DNA of 31,250 nucleotides, taken from Chthonomonas calidirosea. GTDB taxonomy: Bacteria > Armatimonadota > Fimbriimonadia > Fimbriimonadales > Fimbriimonadaceae. Under the pieces are notes generated by a model. That model was given only the letters and a program-made list of their open reading frames with translations. It was not told the DNA's origin and did not search any database. The stretch is taken from the NCBI GenBank assembly GCA_945859975.1, contig CAMAPH010000035.1, positions 1-31,250 of the forward strand, written 5' to 3'. Made by a program: the position numbers and the translations under genes. Position 1 is the first letter of the stretch. The number at the start of each line of letters is the position of its first letter. Shown in pieces: positions 24,547 to 31,250 of this stretch.

Positions 24547-25561
24547 AGTCGGCCTCGCCGCGCAAGCCGCCGGGGCGGAAGTCATCTACCTCGGGTCCTT
24601 CCGAGGGATGGAGCGAACCATTGCCGAGGCAAAGTCGATCCCGTTCTTTGGCGTCGATGCCCAGCCCCTTTGGTCACTCAAAACCCTCAAGGGCTGGCAG
24701 TCCCTTGTTAAGCTCATTCTTGGCGCGCAGAAGGCGAAGGGAATCCTGCGCGACCGTGGCGTTGACGCCGTTTTCTCGACTGGCGGTTACTCGGCCGGTC
24801 CCTTTATGCAAGCGGCGAAGTCGCTTCGAATCCCGTACGTTGTCCACGAGTCGAACAGCGTTCCCGGACGGGCAAATCGCCTCTATGGCAAAACGGCGAC
24901 CGCTTTCACCTACGTCTTCCATGGCACTGAGAAGCACGTTCCCGAGAAGAATCGAATCAGAACGGGTCAGCCCATCCGCGGCGAACTACGAGACGCCGCC
25001 ATCGCGAAAACCGAACCTTCGGAGCGCGCATCCGTGCTCGTTATGGGCGGTTCCCAAGGCGCCAGATTCGTCAACACCATCGCCGTTGATGCGGCAAAAA
25101 TTTTGCCCGACGTCCACTTCACAATCGCCGCAGGCGAGAAGCTGTTTGAAGAAGTGCAAAAAGTCGCCAACGGGTTGCCGAACGTGGTTGCCGTCCCGTA
25201 CCTGAGCGGCCACGATCTTACCGATGCCTACTCAACTGCCGGCGTGTTTGTCGGACGCAGTGGCGGCACCTTGGCCGAAGTCGCCGCGTTCGGGCTCCCG
25301 AGCGTCCTGATCCCTCTGCCAACCTCCGCCGATGACCACCAGTACTTCAACGCCACCGAGTTCAAAGAGCGTGGTTTTGCCGAAATTCTTTGGCAAGGGG
25401 CAAAGCACCCGCAGGGGCACGAAGAGGCGATCGGAGACTCGCTAGCCCAAGCCATCATGAAGCAACTGTACGGCCCAACGAAAGAGCAATTCACTGGGCT
25501 TCGAAGCTGGGATTGTCCCAACGCCACCCAAGAAATCCTCGGCATCATAATGAGGTCTTAA
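24491..25561 (+). CDS. murG: Lipid II GlcNAc transferase MurG
   Basis: Motifs TGGGTGGHIYPAL, GGY, HESNSVPGRAN, GQPIR, GGSQGA, RSGG and HQYFNA. The start is the ATG at 24491 with SD GGAGG, overlapping the ftsW 3' end by 56 nt. Confidence 0.96.
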   Translation: MRIAITGGGTGGHIYPALEVGLAAQAAGAEVIYLGSFRGMERTIAEAKSIPFFGVDAQPLWSLKTLKGWQSLVKLILGAQKAKGILRDRGVDAVFSTGGYSAGPFMQAAKSLRIPYVVHESNSVPGRANRLYGKTATAFTYVFHGTEKHVPEKNRIRTGQPIRGELRDAAIAKTEPSERASVLVMGGSQGARFVNTIAVDAAKILPDVHFTIAAGEKLFEEVQKVANGLPNVVAVPYLSGHDLTDAYSTAGVFVGRSGGTLAEVAAFGLPSVLIPLPTSADDHQYFNATEFKERGFAEILWQGAKHPQGHEEAIGDSLAQAIMKQLYGPTKEQFTGLRSWDCPNATQEILGIIMRS

Positions 25562-25568
25562 CGAAATC

Positions 25569-27854
25569 ATGCGAACGCCTCAAGAAATTCAAACCGCCTT
25601 CTCCCCGCGAGAAGCGATGGACGGCAGTTCGCGATTCTTCCTCGTGGGCATCGGCGGTGCGGGCATGTCTGCGCTAGCCCGCATGCTCCATGCGCTCGGT
25701 ATCCCCGTTGCTGGAACTGATAGCACGGAAACGGACGAAACAAACCGCCTTCGCGCTGAGGGAATTGATGTCACGATCGGCCACTCGGGTGTTGCGCTAA
25801 CAGCCTTTGCCGTCGATAAAACCGCTGTCGTCCTTACTGATGCGATCGATCTCAAGATCAGTCCCGAAGTCGCCGCCGCTCGTGAGTTGAACCTGAATTT
25901 GTTCCGCCGTAGCCAGCTTCTCGGCTGGCTCCTCAAAGATCGCCGCGTGATTGCCGTCACCGGAACCCACGGCAAAACTACTACCACCGGAATGCTCGGC
26001 TCGGGCCTAACCGCCGCCGGTCTAGACCCGTTAGTGATCGTCGGGGCCAACATCCCCGCCTGGGGCTCGCCCGTTCTTTATGGCAAAGGCGAATGGGCGG
26101 TCGTAGAAGCCTGCGAAGCCTACGACAGCTTCCACGATCTCGACCCAGAAATCGTGATCCTCACGAACCTAGAGCTCGACCACGTCGACTTCCACGGTTC
26201 GTGGGAAAACTTGAAAGCCAGCGTCGGCCGGTTCGTAAGCAAAATCCCCGCGAAGGGTGCCTTGGTTTACTGCCAGTCCGATCCAGGTGCCGCAGAGATT
26301 GCGGAAGAATTCCAAGGCAAAAAGTTGCCCTATTCCGAAGCAGACTTCCCGAGTACCGTTGCGCGCAGCACCTCCGGCGATCATAACCTGCGTAACGCTG
26401 CGGGTGCCCTCCACGCGTCAACCACCACCGGTGCCGATCCCGGTCTTGCCGCGAACGGAATCGCTGCCTTCACCGGTGCGGAGCGTCGACTAGAAGTGCT
26501 TCAAGATGCCGAGATCGCCGTGGTCGACGACTACGCCCATCACCCGACCGAGATCGCGGCCTCCATCCAAGCCATCCGCGCAAGATTCCCCAACCGCCGC
26601 ATCGTCGTCGCCTTCCAACCGCACCTTTATTCGCGAACCGAAGGGCTAATCCCGGAATTTGCTGCCGCCCTTTCCGATGCCGACGAAGTCGTCCTAACCG
26701 ACATCTATCCTGCTCGGGAAAATCCCATCCCCGGCGTCAGCGCCGCTCGGATTGCGGAACTTGTAACCGTCCCCGTACGCTACGTCCCGAGCCGACACCT
26801 TTTGCCACGCAAAGTGGCCGCCTGGCTCCAACCGGGTGATGTTGCCGTGGGAATGGGGGCAGGGAACATCAGCGCCTTTGCGCCCGCCCTCATCGCGGAG
26901 CTGAAACGAGCTCGAAGCGGACCCTATCACGTTTGGGTTGCTTACGGCGGCGATAGCGCCGAGCGCGAGGTCTCGATCCTCTCCGGCCGTGCCGTTGCAA
27001 AAGCTCTCCGAGAACGCGGGCACCAGGTCGACCTAGTTGACATCTCCGAGCTCCTTTTGTCCAAAGGCGACCTCAGCAAGCTCATCGGCCCGAATCGACC
27101 GGATGTGGTCTTCCTTGCCGTCCATGGCACCAACTCAGAGGATGGCGCGATGCAGGGAGTCTTGGAAACGCTCCACGTCCCGTACACCGGCAGCGGCATC
27201 CAAAGCAGTGCCATCGCGATGGACAAGAACCTCACCAAGCAGATTTTGGAAAGGGAAGGCATCCGCGTTCCAAAGGGTGTCCACGTCACTTCTGCCACCC
27301 AATCGGTTGATCTAACCGGCCCGGTCGTTGTTAAACCGAACGCTCAAGGCTCCACCGTCGGACTTTCGTTCGTCTCCGACCCCGCCGAAGTCCCCGCCGC
27401 CATCGCTCGTTCTCTCAGCTACGACGCATCCGTGCTCGTGGAGGAATGGATCACCGGCATGGAGATCAGCGTTCCGGTGTTAACCGACGAGGCGCTCCCG
27501 CCCGTCGAGATTGCTCCGGCCAGCGGAAAGTACGACTTTGCCAGCAAGTACACCGTCGGCGCGACCGAAGAAGTCTGTCCGGCCCGCTTATCCGAATCGG
27601 CACTGGCTGAAGCTCAACGTATCGCTCTCGCCGCCCACCGAGCCCTTGGCTGCCGAGGCGCAACCCGAACCGACATCATGGTTCGCGATCCTCACGGTGC
27701 CGCGGAGATGTTCGTCCTTGAAGTGAACACTCTCCCCGGAATGACCGGAACCTCGCTTCTCCCCAACTCCGCCCGAACGGCTGGCATCCCGTTCGATGAG
27801 CTCTGCGAACGCATTCTTGTCGATGCCCTAAGGAGTCATGAGACCACGGCGTAA
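25569..27854 (+). CDS. murC-ddl: Bifunctional MurC / D-Ala-D-Ala ligase fusion
   Basis: The N-part has MurC motifs GIGGAGMS, GTHGKTTT, DHVD, DDYAHHPTEI, FQPHLYSRT and MGAG. The C-part has Ddl motifs GGDSAEREVS, HGTNSEDG, PYTGSG, MDK, VVKP, GST, YDFASKY and EVNTLPGMT. It is one continuous ORF. Confidence 0.95.
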   Translation: MRTPQEIQTAFSPREAMDGSSRFFLVGIGGAGMSALARMLHALGIPVAGTDSTETDETNRLRAEGIDVTIGHSGVALTAFAVDKTAVVLTDAIDLKISPEVAAARELNLNLFRRSQLLGWLLKDRRVIAVTGTHGKTTTTGMLGSGLTAAGLDPLVIVGANIPAWGSPVLYGKGEWAVVEACEAYDSFHDLDPEIVILTNLELDHVDFHGSWENLKASVGRFVSKIPAKGALVYCQSDPGAAEIAEEFQGKKLPYSEADFPSTVARSTSGDHNLRNAAGALHASTTTGADPGLAANGIAAFTGAERRLEVLQDAEIAVVDDYAHHPTEIAASIQAIRARFPNRRIVVAFQPHLYSRTEGLIPEFAAALSDADEVVLTDIYPARENPIPGVSAARIAELVTVPVRYVPSRHLLPRKVAAWLQPGDVAVGMGAGNISAFAPALIAELKRARSGPYHVWVAYGGDSAEREVSILSGRAVAKALRERGHQVDLVDISELLLSKGDLSKLIGPNRPDVVFLAVHGTNSEDGAMQGVLETLHVPYTGSGIQSSAIAMDKNLTKQILEREGIRVPKGVHVTSATQSVDLTGPVVVKPNAQGSTVGLSFVSDPAEVPAAIARSLSYDASVLVEEWITGMEISVPVLTDEALPPVEIAPASGKYDFASKYTVGATEEVCPARLSESALAEAQRIALAAHRALGCRGATRTDIMVRDPHGAAEMFVLEVNTLPGMTGTSLLPNSARTAGIPFDELCERILVDALRSHETTA

Positions 27855-28563
27855 GAAGCCAAAATTCAATTGGACTCCGGTGCTGATTGCCGCCCTGGTT
27901 CTGAACCTTGGGCTTGGCCTTTTTTACAGCCCCTTAACTGCGGTGACCAAGGCCCGAGTGGTTGGAGTGAAGCCAGACGACATGGTTGGAGTCCGCACGG
28001 TGCTTAAGAGCATCGAAGGGAAGCCGGCCCTCCAGATCAACGGCAACAACTTGTCCAGCCTCATGCTGTACAACACGGCATTCGAAACCGCGACGTTCGA
28101 AGCGAACCCCTTTGGCCGTGCTGTCGTAACTGTCACTTATCGAAATCCGGTTGGCCGACTCTCGGGCGCCCCGGGCACCTATCTTGCCGAAGACGGAACC
28201 ATCTACCAAAGCAAGGAAGTGCTTACCGGTCTCCCTCTGATCCAAATCAGCCAGGCCAGCCAAGAGCGCGACGGCACCATCGTCGGCCGGATCCCGACCT
28301 CGGCGCTTGCCTATCTGGCGCAAGAGCTGCCGAGCATCGCCGACGGTGAGAACGGAACCGTCATGTATGCCGACGATGGCGGTCTCATCCTCGTCCTTGG
28401 TGGAGCGGAAATCAAACTTGGCCAGGCCGTCCAACTCGAAGCCAAACTTAACTCCTTACGCAAGTTAATGGATGCGGACCCGGAACTCCTGAGCAAAGTT
28501 TTGGTCTTGAATTTATACGCGCCCGAAAAACCAGCGGCGCGATTCCGGAAACCGTCAAACTAG
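27838..28563 (+). CDS. ftsQ: FtsQ/DivIB-like cell division protein
   Basis: Short basic N-terminus, one TM segment, a YSPL...V.G POTRA-like start and a C-terminal LNL..P. It lies after ddl. Confidence 0.7.
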   Translation: MRPRRKKPKFNWTPVLIAALVLNLGLGLFYSPLTAVTKARVVGVKPDDMVGVRTVLKSIEGKPALQINGNNLSSLMLYNTAFETATFEANPFGRAVVTVTYRNPVGRLSGAPGTYLAEDGTIYQSKEVLTGLPLIQISQASQERDGTIVGRIPTSALAYLAQELPSIADGENGTVMYADDGGLILVLGGAEIKLGQAVQLEAKLNSLRKLMDADPELLSKVLVLNLYAPEKPAARFRKPSN

Positions 28564-28571
28564 GAAAGTTA

Positions 28572-29330
28572 GTGAGCATTTTTAACGCCCGTTCAGAGTC
28601 TCAAAGTTGGGTCTGGCCCGTAAGCCTCATGAGCCTGATCCTTGGGTTTATGTGTGCGTTGGCTTGGGTCACCCAAGAGAATCGAAAGTCTCGCCGACCC
28701 TTCGCGAACCAGCAACAAACCACCCGCATCAACGAAGGCCAGGTGGATATTGACGCCTTCGATCAGCTTCAAGCCCGCGTCCAAGAGTTGCTCAAAAAGA
28801 ACGACGCCCTAGAAAAGTCTCTATCTGGCAGTTCTTCGCAGGCAAAGACCCTCAACGAAAGCTTGCAAGAGGTCAAGAGCTTCTCCGGCCTCACCGAACT
28901 TGAGGGCCCCGGAATCGTGATTTTTCTTAAGGATAGCGGCCGTACCGCCGGGTCCGGATTCGGCAACGCAGAGACCGGCGACATCATTCACGACACCGAC
29001 GTCCTCCGCGTCGTCAACGAGCTCCAGGCCTCCGGTGCCGAAGCCATTGCGGTGAACGAACACCGCATCACTGGCCGCGCCAGCTTCCGCTGCGTCGGAC
29101 CGACCATCCTCGTCAACGACATCAAAATTTCTAGCCCAATCGAGATCCGCGCGATCGGCGACCCCAAGACCCTTCTGGGCGCAATGAACCTCCCGGGCGG
29201 CATTCTCGCCGATATTCGCCAAACCGACCCCAGCATGGTGGAGATCAACGAGGTCAAGAAAATGACCCTGAAGCCTTACACCGGTTCAACTTCGGCACGA
29301 TTCGGTAAAGTCCCGGTTGTTAAGAAGTGA
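28572..29330 (+). CDS. DUF881 family protein (YlxW/YlxX-like)
   Basis: TM segment plus coiled coil, then GLTELEGPGI, IHDTDVLRVVNEL..SGAEAIAVN..RI and P..I.AIGDP. Confidence 0.92.
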   Translation: MSIFNARSESQSWVWPVSLMSLILGFMCALAWVTQENRKSRRPFANQQQTTRINEGQVDIDAFDQLQARVQELLKKNDALEKSLSGSSSQAKTLNESLQEVKSFSGLTELEGPGIVIFLKDSGRTAGSGFGNAETGDIIHDTDVLRVVNELQASGAEAIAVNEHRITGRASFRCVGPTILVNDIKISSPIEIRAIGDPKTLLGAMNLPGGILADIRQTDPSMVEINEVKKMTLKPYTGSTSARFGKVPVVKK

Positions 29331-29734
29331 TATTTCTTCCCGTCATTGCTTTGATTATTGGTGCCGCGATTGCGATTGCAATCCGGCTTGAGCCGGTTGG
29401 CGGCGCGGGAGGGCAATATCTGGCCGTTGCGTGCCTTGCCGGAATCGATAGCGTCTGCGGCGGATTCCGCGCCGGACTCGAAGGCAAGTTTCGGAACGAC
29501 GTTTTCATCACCGGATTCGTCTCGAATATCCTGATCGCGTTCTTTTTGGCGTGGCTCGGAGATCGAATCTACATCGACCTCTTCTTGGCCGTCGCCATTG
29601 TCTTTGGCACAAGAACGTTCCAAAATCTAGCGCTGATTCGTCGGCAAGCCCTCACGATGTTTAACGACTACCAAACCCGCAAACAGCGAAACAACCCGGC
29701 AGCGCCTGCCGCGCCTTCGGATGGAAACTCATGA
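29327..29734 (+). CDS. sbp: Small basic protein Sbp (DUF1290) family
   Basis: Motifs YLAVACLAGIDSVCGGFRA, F...VFITGF..N, LGD.I.IDL..A and FG.R.FQNLA.IRR. Confidence 0.9.
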   Translation: MIFLPVIALIIGAAIAIAIRLEPVGGAGGQYLAVACLAGIDSVCGGFRAGLEGKFRNDVFITGFVSNILIAFFLAWLGDRIYIDLFLAVAIVFGTRTFQNLALIRRQALTMFNDYQTRKQRNNPAAPAAPSDGNS

Positions 29735-30900
29735 GCTTTGTCGTTGCATTAGATATCGGTGGCTCGCAAATGAGCTGCCTCGTCGCATCCGGAGATAAAA
29801 AACTTCGGTTAGAAGGCGTTGCCACCGTACCGTTCGCCGGGGCAAAAAAGGGCCTGATCGTAAACCGCGAGGAAACCATCCAAGCGATCAAAGAGGTCGT
29901 TCCCGATGCCCTTCGCCAAGCTGATCGAAAGGGAACCGAGCTCGTCGTCAACGTCTCCGGCTCGCACATTGAGTGCGTCAGTGGCCAAGGGATCAAGATG
30001 ATCATCCCGAAAGGGCGGCACATCACGACCCAAGATGTCCTTGAAGTCGTCAATCACAGCCGCGCGGTGCTGCTGCCAAATGACCGCTCCCCCATCCACG
30101 TCCTTCCCAAGACCTTCAAAGTCGATGGCCAGCGCGGCGTTCGAAAACCCGTCGGCGTCGCTGCCGGCAAGCTGGAGGTTGAAACCCTCATCGCCACTGG
30201 CTCGCCCAAGCCGCTAGAATTGCTCGAGCAGTGCGTGAAGGAAGCTGGATTCTCGGTCAGCCAAATGGTCTTCACTCCCCTCGCATCCGGCCTCGGCATC
30301 CTGAGCCAAGCCGAACTTGAGCAAGGCATGATCGTCATCGACCTCGGTGCCAGCACCACCGATCTCGGAATCTTCATGGAAGGATCGATGGTCTACGGCG
30401 TTTCCCTTCCCGTGGCCGCTGGTCACATCACCTCCGACCTTGCCGCCCTCCTCAAAACCACGCTTGAAGAAGCGGAGCGCATCAAGAAGCTAGATGGCCA
30501 CGCGCTGGCCGATCAAGTTGGCGAAAACGAGACCGTCGAAATCCAGCAACTCGGCCAGCTGGGTTCCCGCCCGATGGCGCGCAAAGTGCTTTCGGAAATC
30601 ATCCAAAGTCGAGCGAAAGAAATCGCCGCCATGACCAAAACCGCTTTCGACCAGTCCGGCTACGCCCGCCTCGTCAGCGGAGGTGTCGTTCTCACCGGAA
30701 ACGGTGCTCGGCTCGCCGGCACCCCCGAGCTTTACAACAACACTTTTGGCCTATCTGTCCGCTCCGAGTTCACCCCGCGCACAACGTCAACTGCGGTGGG
30801 TTTGGCTCGATATGCCATCCAGTGCGCCGACGATATGAGTCCCGTCGGAGAGCCGACCAACTGGAAAGACAAGGTTCGCCGCCTCATCATGGGCGGCTAA
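29731..30900 (+). CDS. ftsA: Cell division protein FtsA
   Basis: Motifs LDIG, G.KKG.I, F.VDG, P.G..., IDLGASTT, IT.DL, AERIK, II.SR..EI, GVVLTG and TAVGL, with a C-terminal amphipathic helix WKDKVRRLI. Confidence 0.93.
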   Translation: MSFVVALDIGGSQMSCLVASGDKKLRLEGVATVPFAGAKKGLIVNREETIQAIKEVVPDALRQADRKGTELVVNVSGSHIECVSGQGIKMIIPKGRHITTQDVLEVVNHSRAVLLPNDRSPIHVLPKTFKVDGQRGVRKPVGVAAGKLEVETLIATGSPKPLELLEQCVKEAGFSVSQMVFTPLASGLGILSQAELEQGMIVIDLGASTTDLGIFMEGSMVYGVSLPVAAGHITSDLAALLKTTLEEAERIKKLDGHALADQVGENETVEIQQLGQLGSRPMARKVLSEIIQSRAKEIAAMTKTAFDQSGYARLVSGGVVLTGNGARLAGTPELYNNTFGLSVRSEFTPRTTSTAVGLARYAIQCADDMSPVGEPTNWKDKVRRLIMGG

Positions 30901-30905
30901 CCCTT

Positions 30906-31250
30906 TTACTCTGCGTCGACTTGGTGGCGAATATTCGCCACCACCACATTGCTCCGCTTCGACAGCGCATTGCGCAACTGCAGCGCCACGTTCTCCGAAA
31001 GCAGGTCGTGATACCACTTGTTCGAGTCGGCGTCCGAAACAATAACCGTAATCACCATCTCCGGATGCTCGGCAATCAGCTCGTCCACGTAGTCCAAAAC
31101 GGGTTCCAGGAGCGACCGGTACGGGGAAGGCAAGATAACCAGCGGAATGTCCTGGCTCACCAGCTCCCAATTCCGCTGAAGCTCCGGCAGCTTCTTCTCG
31201 TTCAGCGTAACGTGGACCGCCTTGATATCGCCCTTCAAATTCCGAGCGTA
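30906..31250 (-). CDS. C-terminal cytoplasmic domain of an APC-family permease (KimA/YdaO-like); gene begins beyond the right edge
   Basis: AVHV...W....IPLVIL.SPYRSLLEPVLDYV...ITVIV....WY..LL....L...L....VVV pattern. The frame is open to the window edge. Confidence 0.75.
   Translation of the reverse strand, partial: YARNLKGDIKAVHVTLNEKKLPELQRNWELVSQDIPLVILPSPYRSLLEPVLDYVDELIAEHPEMVITVIVSDADSNKWYHDLLSENVALQLRNALSKRSNVVVANIRHQVDAE

Overview
This is a GC-rich bacterial chromosomal window. It is most likely from Armatimonadota (Fimbriimonadaceae-like); this is inferred from the prepilin/H-X9-DG genes, the PAPAGG Ig-repeat secreted proteins, apparently leaderless genes and the dcw layout. The left half holds the 5' end of smc, a flavin reductase-like gene, an orphan trpA with Glu at the catalytic Asp60 position, two tandem ~1060-aa secreted FG-GAP propeller/Ig-repeat paralogues, rph, two prepilin-type H-X9-DG genes, a stand-alone rtcB and a half-size ABC exporter with a degenerate Walker B. 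The right half is a dcw cluster: mraZ-rsmH-ftsL-like-ftsI-murE-murF-mraY-murD-ftsW-murG-murC/ddl fusion-ftsQ-DUF881-sbp-ftsA. It has no murB and no ftsZ, and it ends against a convergent APC-family permease. The best candidate for an undescribed system is the ~290-nt leader of rtcB. It combines a palindrome-covered promoter, a leaderless 33-codon uORF that folds into a long rod hairpin, two mutually exclusive hairpins and an anti-Shine-Dalgarno strand. Together these suggest a translation-stress attenuator for an RNA-repair ligase. No tRNA, rRNA, CRISPR array or mobile element was recognised. All pairings were worked out by eye, and no folding or database search was run.
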